Part shown: one piece after another, positions 1 to 9,457 of the stretch
How positions within the stretch are numbered: the first letter of the stretch is position 1
How the letters are laid out: each line of letters begins with the position of its first letter
IMG/VR virus record: IMGVR_UViG_3300033475_000033
Location: 1-51,491 of that record
From: a virus
Taxonomy: Duplodnaviria; Caudoviricetes
DNA length: 51,491 bases
Reading direction: 5' to 3' (one strand)
Program-made: the position numbers and the translations under genes
Notes under the pieces: generated by a model
The model's database searches: none
What the model saw: only the letters and a program-made list of their open reading frames with translations
What the model was told of the DNA's origin: nothing

Positions 1-127
1 GGTGAGCGCGACGGAGGCGTTCGCGAGCGCGCCGACGGCCGGGTTGACCAGCTCGCCGTTGACGGTCGTCGCCATCCTTCACCCCTTCCTCGCCGATCGA
101 TGGCTGGTGGGGGTGCGTCCGCGGCCC
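1..127. repeat. 127-bp terminal direct repeat, identical to 51365-51491 (circular assembly overlap)
   Basis: Exact match at both ends; 127 is a common assembler k-mer; the gene 50642-51439 continues across the join. Confidence 0.95.
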
Positions 128-144
128 TCGACGCGGACGCACCC
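111..144 (-). terminator. 13-bp hairpin after the major capsid gene
   Basis: GGGTGCGTCCGCG-8 nt-CGCGGACGCACCC just downstream of the capsid stop. Confidence 0.65.
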
Positions 145-155
145 GGACAGCGGTG

Positions 156-1097
156 TTACGCGCCGACCTCGACCACGCCGAACGCCTGCGGCACGGTCGC
201 GCAGAAGCCCTGACGGGCACGGAACTGCAGGGTGTGCTGCAACGCCGAGATGTTGATGTTGGCGTTGATGAACTGCGCCTGCGGGGGGATCCGGTCGCCG
301 CGCACGAGCATCTGCCGGTTCGCGAAGACCATCAGTGGGTTGCCGGTCGCGGCGCCGCCGAGCGGGCCCTGGAAGTTCGCCGAGACGATCGCGCCGAAGC
401 TGAAGTAGGCCGGGATGCCGAACAGCGAATACTGCGGGCGCATGCCGCCGCCGGGAAAGCCCGCCGTCGACTCGTTGAAGATCGGGCGCTGCTGGCCGTC
501 CTTGATGCCGCGGATCGAGCGCTTGAGCGACGGGTGCATGATGACCACGCCGTTGGCCTCGTTGAAGAACCGCGTGTTCTCCACGAAGCCCAGGCCCTGC
601 GACGCGAAGTCGTAGGTCAGGCCGCCGGAGCCGGTCTTCACGTAGTTCGTGTTCGCGACGTAGCCGACGTCGGAGTCGTTCTGGCCGACGGTGTAGTACA
701 CCGAGTTGAACGGCTGGAAGTTGCCGACGGTCGTGCTGCGCGCGGCCGAGACGCCCAGGCACGCGTTGTCGTACGCCATGTGGAAGGAGTTCATCCACTC
801 GTACGTGTTCGCGGCCACCACGTCGGCGGGCGAGTCCTCGACCTGGGCCTCGTCGAGAGTGAACTTGCCGTTGAACTGGTAGGAGTACAGGTTCGCGACG
901 TCACCGTTGTTGGTGTCGTCGGTCAGGGTCGAGCCGCCGGAGACGTTCGCGCCGACGAAGCGCGGGATCTCGTAGGTGTTGCTGACCATGTTCATGGTGC
1001 GCGCCACGTCGTAGATGACCGACGGCTGCACCTCACGCTGGACGACCTGGTCATCCCAGATCACGGGGGTCCAGGCGGAGAAATCTGCTGCTGCCAC
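156..1097 (-). CDS. major capsid protein (HK97 fold)
   Basis: 313 aa after scaffold; capsid-like motifs (SVIYDVARTMNM..YEIP, VIMHP..IKDGQQRPIF, LFGIPAYFS, FRARQGF). Confidence 0.9.
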   Translation of the reverse strand: MAAADFSAWTPVIWDDQVVQREVQPSVIYDVARTMNMVSNTYEIPRFVGANVSGGSTLTDDTNNGDVANLYSYQFNGKFTLDEAQVEDSPADVVAANTYEWMNSFHMAYDNACLGVSAARSTTVGNFQPFNSVYYTVGQNDSDVGYVANTNYVKTGSGGLTYDFASQGLGFVENTRFFNEANGVVIMHPSLKRSIRGIKDGQQRPIFNESTAGFPGGGMRPQYSLFGIPAYFSFGAIVSANFQGPLGGAATGNPLMVFANRQMLVRGDRIPPQAQFINANINISALQHTLQFRARQGFCATVPQAFGVVEVGA

Positions 1098-1266
1098 TGA
1101 AGGGCGCCTTCCGGGAGTCGTCTCCTCCCGAAACGGCGGACGGCCGGTTCAGGAGCTTCCTGAAACCGGCCGGCCTCTGCCATGCGCACGGTTGTTCGTG
1201 CTGAAGTTGTAGCGGGCGCTCTGGCCCGATCGGACCGCCTGCACTCGGGCTCGGCGATCAGTTCGG

Positions 1267-1295
1267 ATGATACGCGCTTTCGCACATTTGTGCGA
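1267..1295 (-). promoter_or_regulatory. capsid promoter (-10 TATCAT) with LexA-box-like palindrome TCGCAC-ATTT-GTGCGA
   Basis: -10 at 1267-1272, palindrome at 1280-1295 in the scaffold-capsid gap. Confidence 0.55.
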
Positions 1296-1305
1296 GGGGC
1301 TGCGA

Positions 1306-1962
1306 TCAGCCGCGGCGCGCCCGGATGCGAGCGGCCTCCGAGTTGGCGATGATCTGCTCGCCGAGGGACAGCTTCGGCGGCGCGGGCCGCGCGGCCGCCC
1401 TACCCTGATCCACGCGCCCGACCTGTCGCGGCCCGGTGGCGGTCGGCATTCCGGCCAGCGCCTTGGCGAACAGCTTCGGGTAGCGCTCCTCCATCTCGTC
1501 GAGCCAGTCCTCGAGGATCGGCTCGTCCTCGCCGTCGAATTCGATCTGCTCGCTGCGCAGCCGCGCGAGCGCGAGGTCCACCATGTCCGCGTCGGCGCCG
1601 CGCTCGAGGAGCTGGGCCTTGGCGGCGGAGCGCACGGCGCGCTGCTGCCAGACGGCGAGCTGCGGGTCCGGCCCAGCCTGCTGGCCCTCGCCTTCGCCCG
1701 CCCCCTGCTGCTGGCCCGCGGGTGCGGCACGGCCTTCCCGCAGACGCTTGGCCTGGTTGCGGGCGCGCGTCAGCTTGCCCTTCTCGGCCTCGAGGCTGGC
1801 CTGCATCGCCTCCCACTCCTCGCGGGTGGGCGGCGCCCATTCCTCGCCCTGGCCTTCGCCCTGCTCGGCTGCGTCGCCTCCGAGGGCTGCGTCGAGCTCG
1901 TCGAGGGCGTCACCCTCGCCCGTCACGGCGCCGGGCTGCTGCTCGCTGGTCTGTTCTGCCAT
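1306..1962 (-). CDS. capsid scaffolding protein
   Basis: Acidic, coiled-coil, ends with YPKLF motif; directly upstream of capsid. Confidence 0.8.
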   Translation of the reverse strand: MAEQTSEQQPGAVTGEGDALDELDAALGGDAAEQGEGQGEEWAPPTREEWEAMQASLEAEKGKLTRARNQAKRLREGRAAPAGQQQGAGEGEGQQAGPDPQLAVWQQRAVRSAAKAQLLERGADADMVDLALARLRSEQIEFDGEDEPILEDWLDEMEERYPKLFAKALAGMPTATGPRQVGRVDQGRAAARPAPPKLSLGEQIIANSEAARIRARRG

Positions 1963-1983
1963 GGTCGTGCCTTCCTTCGAGGG

Positions 1984-3066
1984 CTAGTCACCGCGCAGGT
2001 GCGCGGCGATCGGGTGGTGGCGTGTGGAGAACGAGCCGCGCGCAACGTCTTTGGCGGCGCGCTCGTTGACGGTCCGCGGGAGCCGGTTGGCGTGCCGTAC
2101 GAGCCGGTCGGCGGCGAGGCGGGAGCGGCGCGAGTCGTGGCCGGACCAGCCGCGCGCAACACTGCGTTCTGCTTCGCGCCGGAGCGCGTCGGGCACGGCG
2201 GCGTTGTCGGCGGTGATGATCCGCAGCCTGCACCTGCAGTTCGGGTGACGAGGGGGTCCCATCAGCGGCATCCCCGGCGGCCACACGGCCGGTGCGGGCC
2301 GCGGGGAGAAGGTGGCGAACTCGTCGAACCCGACACCGATGTTCGGGTCGGAGACATGCCCGGACAGGGCGAGGCAGGTCAGGCAGGCGTCGCGCTCGGC
2401 GACCCAGACGACCATGAGGCCGGTGCGTACGAGCGGCGCCCGGCCGTTGGTCGACAGTGGCGGCTCGCCGAACGTCGGCGAGGGCGCGACGAGTTGCGTG
2501 GCCTCGCCCGCGATCTGACGCGTCGTGTCGTTCAGCGCCCGGTTCGTCAGGAACCGCGTGTTCCGCTCGAGCGCGGTCACCACGGACCCGGCGCGGGCTG
2601 CGACCTCCTCCAGTGCCGCCGGGGACGCTAGCGGCGCTCCCACGGCCTGCGCGAGCCGCCCGACGGCATCGCGCAGGACACGCTCCGCGGACTGGCCGGC
2701 CTGGGAGAGTACGGGATCGGCCAGCCGGAGCCGGATCGCCTTCTCGTTCAGACCCAGCGAGCGCAGCAGCGCCGTCTCCTGCCGCAACGCCAGCGCCACG
2801 GCCCGGGCCACAGCCGCAGTCGTCTCGGCCGCCACGTCCACAGTCAGGCCCGCGATGGCCGCATTCAGCGCGGTACGCGCGGCCTGCTGCTGCGCCGGGG
2901 TCAACTGCCCCGACGACGACGCGCGCGCCTTCGCCGCCTCCAGCAGCGCAATCGTCGCGATCCGTGCCGTGACCTTCCGCAGGGCGCGCGTGACCCGCCT
3001 CGCGCTGGCCAATTCCAGCGCGAGGGCTTCCGCATCGACCTGATCCCGGTCAGCGAGCACGGTCAT
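1984..3066 (-). CDS. MuF-like minor head protein
   Basis: WVAERDACLTC and PPRHPNCRC motifs; between portal and scaffold. Confidence 0.75.
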   Translation of the reverse strand: MTVLADRDQVDAEALALELASARRVTRALRKVTARIATIALLEAAKARASSSGQLTPAQQQAARTALNAAIAGLTVDVAAETTAAVARAVALALRQETALLRSLGLNEKAIRLRLADPVLSQAGQSAERVLRDAVGRLAQAVGAPLASPAALEEVAARAGSVVTALERNTRFLTNRALNDTTRQIAGEATQLVAPSPTFGEPPLSTNGRAPLVRTGLMVVWVAERDACLTCLALSGHVSDPNIGVGFDEFATFSPRPAPAVWPPGMPLMGPPRHPNCRCRLRIITADNAAVPDALRREAERSVARGWSGHDSRRSRLAADRLVRHANRLPRTVNERAAKDVARGSFSTRHHPIAAHLRGD

Positions 3067-3069
3067 CGG

Positions 3070-5193
3070 CTACCGGTCCTGCGGCGGGATCGGAGCGGGC
3101 GGCACCGATCCGGGCGGCAGTTGGGTGGCGAAACCGGGCGGCATGTCGTAGCCGCCGTCCTCGGTCCGCGCCGGCGCCGTCGTGATCAGCTGCGGGAACT
3201 CGCCCTCAGGCTGCTCGTCGGTCGGCTCGTCCTCCGGTTCGGTCTCGTAGACCGCGCGCGGCAGCTCCGGCAGCAGGTCTCCGAACAGTTGCGTGACGAT
3301 CGCGTTCGCGCCCTCCTCGCTGATGACGTTCAGGCCGATGGCGAGGCCGAGCTGCTGGAGCCCGGCAGTGATCTGCCCGAACATGCCGATCTTCCGCGAC
3401 AGGGAGTTCTGCTGCTCGTTGTCGGTCAGCCACCCGTCGACCTCGGCCTCGGCGTATCCGGCCTCGACCCACGCCACGAGCTCCGGCATCCCGTTCGCGA
3501 TCTTCGCGGCGATGGCCTGCTGGGTGAGTAGGTCGGCCTGCGCCGAATACATCTTCGCCCTGCCCTGCTGGTATTCGGCCTCGGCGAAGAACGTCGAGTA
3601 GGTGTTCGCCCACTCGGCCGCCTGCGCCTCCGGGATGCCGGCCTGCATGAACGCGATCTCCCGCGGCATGCCGGCGGATACCTTCTGCTGGACGAGGTCC
3701 CAGGTCTCCTTGAGGTCGTTCGTCGCCGGGTTCGCCCACTGGATCTGCACCTTGACGCCGTGGCCGAGGATGGCGAGCGCGAACTCGTACACGTCGCGCC
3801 ACACGCCGCCGAACATCGCCATCCGGTCCTCGATCTTGCGGACGAGCGGCTGCTCGGCGATGCGCAGCGCCTCACCGGACGGGGTCTGCGAGCCGAGGCC
3901 CGAGAACTTCCAGATCGGCGTCGAGGTGGTGTTCGCGATACCGGTGATGAACTCTTTGAGCGGGTCCAGGAACGCCGCGGGGTTCGCGGACTGGAACTGC
4001 GAGACGGTCTCGAAGCCCTTGAACACCTGCATTCCGCCGGGGTTGGCCTCGTAGTTGCTGCCGGTCTCGTTCGAGATGGCGCCGGAGACGATCGAGGTGG
4101 TCGACAGGGCGGTCTCGGTGAAGTCGTGGTCCCAGTCCGCCGGGGAGTGCTCGGCGAGCGGGTCCTCGCGGATGGACTGGGTGCCGAGGGAGTCGGCCTG
4201 CTGGATCGCGTAGCGCTGCGGGTAGCCGTTGAACTCGACCGTGACCATCAGCATCTCGACAAGCTTGGAGATGCCGTCCTGCAGGGCGAACGCGTTCCTG
4301 TGCTCGGGCTTGCCGTACTCGTAGGCGGTGCGCAGGTGGAAGACCGGGACCTGCCCGTACGGGTTCGGCATCGGCCAGCTGCTCGCGGCCGCGGCGTCGC
4401 CGTCCGAGTCCGCGCCGGAACCGGGGTAGTCGTTGTCGTCGTCCAAGTCGGGGTCGAGGAACGGCGTGAACTCCTTCGCCGCCTTCTGCTTGTCGCCCGG
4501 CGCCGAAATCCACTTCTCGATCCGGTCCGGATAGAACAGGTTCATGCGGATCCGCGGCTTCTTCTCGCCCTTGAGCTGCATCTGCCACATCTGCGCGAAG
4601 AACAGCTTCCTGCGCGGGTTCTCCGGGTCGTAGAACATGCGGCAGTTGCGCGGGTCCGCGTAGGTGATGTTCACGCCGTCGACGACGGTCGCCTGCCCGG
4701 CGCCGGTCACATCCCGGTCATCCGAGAGCTCCACGCCGACCTCGGGCGTCTCGGTGGGCCACACGATGACGTACGCGTCGCCGTCCCGCAGGGCGTTCCT
4801 GTTCCACTCCCGGTAGCGGGTGTCGAGCTCGTTCGCCTCGACGACCTGCTGCACGAGCCCGGTCGCGGCGTCGGTGGCTGCGGCGTCGGTCACGGCACCC
4901 GCGGTCGCGGTGATGGAGGAGATCAGCAGCCGGTCGTTGACCGCGTCGATGACCGGGGAGCAGAAGTTCGGGTCGAACTCGATATCCGCCTGCCGCAGGG
5001 TGCGGCCCTCGCGGGAGAGCATGTTCTGCTCCCACAGGTTGACCGAGTCGTACTCCTCGGCGTGCTGGTAGCCGTCGAGCGCAGCGGTGATCTCGGTCAG
5101 GGCCAGGTCGAGGTCATCGCGCGGGAGCGCCGCGAGGGACGTGCCGAACAGGGTGGAGTCGGGCGGCAGCTGGTATTCGCCGTCGAGAGGCAT
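3070..5193 (-). CDS. portal protein (SPP1 gp6-like) with long C-terminal extension
   Basis: NFCSPVIDAVNDRL, NPYGQVPVFH, PSGEALR motifs; start 5193 with AAGGAG RBS; follows terL. Confidence 0.9.
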   Translation of the reverse strand: MPLDGEYQLPPDSTLFGTSLAALPRDDLDLALTEITAALDGYQHAEEYDSVNLWEQNMLSREGRTLRQADIEFDPNFCSPVIDAVNDRLLISSITATAGAVTDAAATDAATGLVQQVVEANELDTRYREWNRNALRDGDAYVIVWPTETPEVGVELSDDRDVTGAGQATVVDGVNITYADPRNCRMFYDPENPRRKLFFAQMWQMQLKGEKKPRIRMNLFYPDRIEKWISAPGDKQKAAKEFTPFLDPDLDDDNDYPGSGADSDGDAAAASSWPMPNPYGQVPVFHLRTAYEYGKPEHRNAFALQDGISKLVEMLMVTVEFNGYPQRYAIQQADSLGTQSIREDPLAEHSPADWDHDFTETALSTTSIVSGAISNETGSNYEANPGGMQVFKGFETVSQFQSANPAAFLDPLKEFITGIANTTSTPIWKFSGLGSQTPSGEALRIAEQPLVRKIEDRMAMFGGVWRDVYEFALAILGHGVKVQIQWANPATNDLKETWDLVQQKVSAGMPREIAFMQAGIPEAQAAEWANTYSTFFAEAEYQQGRAKMYSAQADLLTQQAIAAKIANGMPELVAWVEAGYAEAEVDGWLTDNEQQNSLSRKIGMFGQITAGLQQLGLAIGLNVISEEGANAIVTQLFGDLLPELPRAVYETEPEDEPTDEQPEGEFPQLITTAPARTEDGGYDMPPGFATQLPPGSVPPAPIPPQDR

Positions 5194-5206
5194 CGGGGCG
5201 GGCTCC

Positions 5207-6751
5207 TTACCGGTAGGAGAACTGGGTGACGGCGGCGCGGCCGCGCGACTGGGCGGGGCCGTTGGCGAACAGCAGGGCCGTGAAGTGCTCGGCCCCGGCG
5301 GCGGCGGAGTCGAGGACGTCCTCGTGCAGCAGGTTCGGGTAGGAGGCCTGCTGGTTCTCCAACTGCGGCAGGGGTTTCGTGTGCAGGATCCGGCCGCCGG
5401 CACGCTGGTAGAGGGCGAGCAGGCGCCGGATGCGGACGGGCTTGGGTTCCTTCTGCATGAAGGTGCGTACGGGGATCGGCATGTCGTGCAGTTCGGTGAA
5501 CCAGAGGTCGCCGCCCTGGTTGGCTTCGGCCATGACGTAGTCCACGTCGTGGATCTCGCACAGGTCCAAGATTTTGCGGCGGCGTGGTTCGCCCGTGAGC
5601 CGCACGCCGATGGCCTCGAGGATGTAGATCCGCTTCTGGGCGAGGGAGAGGCCGAGGATCGTGATGCCGGTCTCGTCGCTGGTGGCCTTCGCGGTGACCG
5701 CGCCGTCCACGAACATGGCGATCCGGTCGTAGCCCTCGAGGCGCCCGTATTTGATGTCGCCGGGCTGCCACCAGCCGCCCAAGCTGACGGGCTTGTTCTC
5801 GAAGTTCAGCTTGTAGGAGGCGGTGTTGCGGATCGAGGTGAGGTAGGCGAGGGACCAGCGCTGCGGCCACAGGGAGCGCTCGCTGCCGTCCTCGTCTTGG
5901 AGGATCGCGGCGAAGTAGTGCACGGCGATGTTCTCTTCGCGCGGCCAGGCGGGGGGCTCGGTGTCGTAGGACTGGCGGACGATGTCGTGGATGATGCTGC
6001 CTTGCATGGTGGTGGTGCCGAGGAACACGACGACCGCGTTCAGGTTCATCGGCAGCACGGCCTGGAGCACGGACTTCAGACGCTGGTCCTTCTGGTACGG
6101 CGAATAGTTCGCCTCATCAGGCTCGATGTCGTCGAACAGGATGAGGTCCGGCCGCTGATGCCCGATCTTCGCGCCCAGGGTGCTGGAGTCGATGCCCTTC
6201 GCGGTGAACGCGACACCGGAGGCGGCGATGTACATGTCCTGCCGGTCCGCCACCGTCGTGCCGCCGCGGGTGGCCGGCGCGACAAGGTCCGGGTAGTCCT
6301 CGCGCAGCAGCCGGTTCGTCGAGAGCTCGAGCTTGAACGACATGAGGTGCTGTTGGGCCTGGTTGCCGGAGTCGGCGAACGCGGCGATGTACCGGCGGTG
6401 GCCGTGTGCGAGCGCCCACAGCGGCAGGATCAGGAAGCCCCACGTGGATTTGCCGGAGCCGCGGGGTGCGACCCAGGCGGAGCGTTCCTCGGCCTCGCCG
6501 TGCTGGGGTCGGGCGAACGTGAGCGCCCAGTCGCACAGTTCGAGGTGGAACGCGGACATGCTGATCTGCTCGCGGGTTTCTTTCGACGCGAGGTGGTGCG
6601 GCAGATATACGAGGGCGAACAGGAGCGGGTCCAGCGCCGAGAGGATCCGCCTGCATTCGGGGATGGCGAGCTGGGCGGGGTCGAGGTCGGCGAGGTAGGC
6701 GTCCAGGTCGAAACCCGTCGCCTCGGTGCCGTGCTCGGCCGTGATGGTCAC
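5207..6751 (-). CDS. terL: terminase large subunit
   Basis: Walker A APRGSGKST, Walker B LILFDD, nuclease motifs FVDGA..SDETG, EANQGG, HEDVLD. Confidence 0.93.
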   Translation of the reverse strand: MTITAEHGTEATGFDLDAYLADLDPAQLAIPECRRILSALDPLLFALVYLPHHLASKETREQISMSAFHLELCDWALTFARPQHGEAEERSAWVAPRGSGKSTWGFLILPLWALAHGHRRYIAAFADSGNQAQQHLMSFKLELSTNRLLREDYPDLVAPATRGGTTVADRQDMYIAASGVAFTAKGIDSSTLGAKIGHQRPDLILFDDIEPDEANYSPYQKDQRLKSVLQAVLPMNLNAVVVFLGTTTMQGSIIHDIVRQSYDTEPPAWPREENIAVHYFAAILQDEDGSERSLWPQRWSLAYLTSIRNTASYKLNFENKPVSLGGWWQPGDIKYGRLEGYDRIAMFVDGAVTAKATSDETGITILGLSLAQKRIYILEAIGVRLTGEPRRRKILDLCEIHDVDYVMAEANQGGDLWFTELHDMPIPVRTFMQKEPKPVRIRRLLALYQRAGGRILHTKPLPQLENQQASYPNLLHEDVLDSAAAGAEHFTALLFANGPAQSRGRAAVTQFSYR

Positions 6752-7326
6752 TTGCCCTGCTGCTCCCTCACCTTGGCCGCGCGTTCGGCGGCGGCCGCCT
6801 TGGCCTGCGTGATGAGGCTGATCACGGTCGCGTCGAGCTCGCTGGTTTCGCGCGTGACGCTGATGGCCTGCTTCGGGTAGATGCCGAGGAGCTTGGCTTC
6901 CTGGTCGTCGAGCTTGTGCAGCCGGTCGATCGCGGCCATGACGGGTGCGGGGTCTTCGATCGGGTCGCCGTAGGTCGGCTTTCCGTTGGCGTCGCGGCCG
7001 GTGATGGGCCGTACGACGACGCCGTTGGAGACCTGGACGTGGTGGCCGAAGGCGATGGGTTCGAGGAGTTCGCGTTCCATGTCGATGCGGCGTAGCTGCT
7101 CGTCGAGGCGCAGGGCGCAGCGCTTGGCGTGTTCCTCGATGGCTGCGGCGGGGATCTGCCGCATGGCCTTGTTGTAGTGGTTCCAGACTGCGGAGACGTC
7201 GCGTTGCACGTCGGGGTGGGCGGCGATGTCGCGGAACGCGAGTCCTTCGTCGCGGAGTTCGACGATGCGGCGGCGGAGTTCGGCGGTGGTGTGGGCGCGG
7301 CCGGGGGTCATGTCGCCGCCCGCCAT
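6748..7326 (-). CDS. terS: terminase small subunit
   Basis: N-terminal HTH, C-terminal AKLLGI..P motif, overlaps terL start. Confidence 0.75.
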   Translation of the reverse strand: MAGGDMTPGRAHTTAELRRRIVELRDEGLAFRDIAAHPDVQRDVSAVWNHYNKAMRQIPAAAIEEHAKRCALRLDEQLRRIDMERELLEPIAFGHHVQVSNGVVVRPITGRDANGKPTYGDPIEDPAPVMAAIDRLHKLDDQEAKLLGIYPKQAISVTRETSELDATVISLITQAKAAAAERAAKVREQQGK

Positions 7327-7514
7327 CAGAAGTCCCTCCGGCGGCCTGACAGGTATTCCTCTACGCCGCCGAGGCTCATGGCGATATTAAGAATCTTCTG
7401 AGCGGAATCCCAAACTGTCTTCCGCAATTCGTGCGCCGACTGGTCTTGACTTGCGAATCCGAGGCGGGACGCGATGGCCATCAATTCGTCGTGCATCGAC
7501 TGCTGCTCTGCCAT
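7326..7514 (-). CDS. hypothetical protein (62 aa)
   Basis: TGATG coupling at both ends. Confidence 0.6.
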   Translation of the reverse strand: MAEQQSMHDELMAIASRLGFASQDQSAHELRKTVWDSAQKILNIAMSLGGVEEYLSGRRRDF

Positions 7515-7864
7515 CAGCGTTCCCCGATCGCGCCGCAGGTATTGCAGGTGAAGCCGAACGGCGGCTCGCCATGGCAGCGGCGGCAATCGGCACGACGCGG
7601 GAACAGGAGATCCTCGACAGGACATCCGAACACGTCGGCGAGCACCACGAGTTCGTCAACGGTGATCTGGCGTGTGCGCCTGCCGCCCTTATGGCGACCG
7701 CCTTCAAGCAGATAGAGCGCGTTGGCGGTGAGTTCCGGCCGACCAGCCTGTGCACAGAGCTCGGCGAGCTTCTGCACCTTCCATCGGTACGCCTTGCGCC
7801 TGGCGCGGACGCGATCGCCGACTACATCGCTGACCGTGTTCGCGTCGAGATCGTTCGTCGCCAT
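7514..7864 (-). CDS. XRE-family HTH regulator with C-terminal CxxC..CxxC
   Basis: VGDRVRARRK..LAELC..ITVDELVVLADVFGCPVEDLL; coupled start. Confidence 0.75.
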   Translation of the reverse strand: MATNDLDANTVSDVVGDRVRARRKAYRWKVQKLAELCAQAGRPELTANALYLLEGGRHKGGRRTRQITVDELVVLADVFGCPVEDLLFPRRADCRRCHGEPPFGFTCNTCGAIGER

Positions 7865-8391
7865 CAGCGCGCGTCCTTCCATTCGCGGTGCCACTTGGTG
7901 ATCGCGTCGAGGTCGAACACGGGTCCGGCCGCGAGGACTGCGACGGGTTCGGGCATGCCGTTGTCGAGGCGGTGCTTGACCCATCCGGCGACGGTGGAGC
8001 GGGCGGCTCCGGTGGCGGCGCAGATCTCGCTGACCCCGGCGTACACCTGCGGCCGGTTGACGGTGATCTCGGCCTGTCCGGTGGCGTCGGTCACGCCCGG
8101 GCCTTCGAGGCCGTCTTCGGTGACGTGCGGTTCGTCCCAGGCGAACGGCGACCACAGGATCCGGTTCGGGCCACGCCGGGCCTCGTCGAGGGCTGCTTGG
8201 GCGTCGGCGAGCAGCTGGCCCTCGTCCACCTGGACGCGGATCCGCGCGGTGACGGGTAGCTCGACCGGTCCGGGTTCGGGGATCTCGGCGACGGCGGCTT
8301 CGAGGGCGTACCGGATGCGCTGCCGGTTGGCGACGCCGGGGAGCTGCCGGTGGGCCGCGTCCACCATCTTCTCGCTTACGCAGATGGGCAT
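7864..8391 (-). CDS. protein with C-terminal AlpA-like HTH; first gene of the terminase operon
   Basis: AGVSEICAATGAARSTVAGW..PEPVAVLAAGPVFD; TACCAT -10 six nt before ATG (leaderless). Confidence 0.6.
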   Translation of the reverse strand: MPICVSEKMVDAAHRQLPGVANRQRIRYALEAAVAEIPEPGPVELPVTARIRVQVDEGQLLADAQAALDEARRGPNRILWSPFAWDEPHVTEDGLEGPGVTDATGQAEITVNRPQVYAGVSEICAATGAARSTVAGWVKHRLDNGMPEPVAVLAAGPVFDLDAITKWHREWKDAR

Positions 8392-8397
8392 ACGACG

Positions 8398-8434
8398 ATG
8401 GTAAAGCCGAACCGAACGTTTGTGCGAGTACCCT
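8398..8434. promoter_or_regulatory. divergent leaderless promoters with central LexA-box-like site CCGAAC-GTTT-GTGCGA
   Basis: -10 TACCAT (minus, 8398-8403) and TACCCT (plus, 8429-8434), each 6 nt from an ATG; box at 8412-8427. Confidence 0.55.
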
Positions 8435-8440
8435 CGATCC

Positions 8441-9457
8441 ATGCAGACCGACAGGCCGCTGACCATCGGCGGATGGCTCGCCGACCGTGAAGGCGTCGGC
8501 TTTTACCGGATGAAGCTCCCCCTCGACGAACTCGGCCGACGCGGGCACAGTGTGGAGTACCGGGGAGTCCTGCCGTGGCGCCCGGGCAAACGCCCGTCGC
8601 ACCACGTCCTCGTGGCGCAGCGCATCAGCAACGAAGGGCCGTCCGTCCAGTGGCAGGCCGCGCGCGGCGACGTGCGACGCGTCTTCGAGGTGGACGACCT
8701 GCTGCTGGACGTGGACCCGTCCTCGGAGCGCGCGTTCGAGTTCTACGCCCGGCCGGACGTGCGTCGCAGACTGCTGGAGAACATGCGCTCGGCGGACGCG
8801 GTCACCGTCTCCACCGACTACCTGGCCGAGGCGATCCGCGCCGACTACGGCGTAACAGCGCCCGTGTTCGTGCTCCCCAACTGCCTGCCGAAGGACGTGC
8901 TCGACCTGCCCTCGGTAGACCAGTCCGGGCCGATGACGTGCGGCTGGTCCGGTTCAGACACGCACAGGGCTGATGTGATGCTGCTGCGGCGCCCGCTATC
9001 CCGGTTCCTCGGCCGTCACCCGGAGGTGCGGCTGACGCTGGCCGGCGTGGACTATCGGCGTGAGCTCGGCGTCCCGCAGGCCGAGGTGCGCGGCTGGCGG
9101 TCGATCTGGGATGACCCGGCGGGCTACTACGCGGGCCTGGACTGGCAGGTGACGCTGGCGCCGCTGGTCTCGCATCACTTCAACCGGGCGAAGAGCGCGC
9201 TGCGTGCGTTGGAGGCGGCGGCGCGCGGCGCGGTGGTGGTGGCCAGTGACGTGGAGCCCTACTCGCGGTTTATCGAGCACGGCGTCGACGGCTTTCTCGT
9301 CCGGCGCGATCACGAATGGCTTGAGGTGCTGGAGCTGCTCGCCGAGGACGCGGAGCTGCGGGCGAAGGTGGGTGCGGCGGCCCGGGCGAAAGCGGCCGAC
9401 TGGACGATCGGCAAGCACACCGACAAGTGGATCAACGCCTACAGAGGGGACGCCTGA
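8441..9457 (+). CDS. glycosyltransferase, GT-B/GT4-like
   Basis: GVGFYRM, EVDDLL, ADAVTVST, VLPN, FNRAKSALRALEAAARG..VVASDV motifs. Confidence 0.88.
   Translation: MQTDRPLTIGGWLADREGVGFYRMKLPLDELGRRGHSVEYRGVLPWRPGKRPSHHVLVAQRISNEGPSVQWQAARGDVRRVFEVDDLLLDVDPSSERAFEFYARPDVRRRLLENMRSADAVTVSTDYLAEAIRADYGVTAPVFVLPNCLPKDVLDLPSVDQSGPMTCGWSGSDTHRADVMLLRRPLSRFLGRHPEVRLTLAGVDYRRELGVPQAEVRGWRSIWDDPAGYYAGLDWQVTLAPLVSHHFNRAKSALRALEAAARGAVVVASDVEPYSRFIEHGVDGFLVRRDHEWLEVLELLAEDAELRAKVGAAARAKAADWTIGKHTDKWINAYRGDA

Noticed and set aside
153-6880. Long plus-strand ORFs opposite the head genes (and similar ones at 15458-17419, 39134-40726, 44440-46104)
   Set aside because: Antisense or off-frame shadows expected at about 70% GC; Arg/Gly/Pro-rich with no motifs
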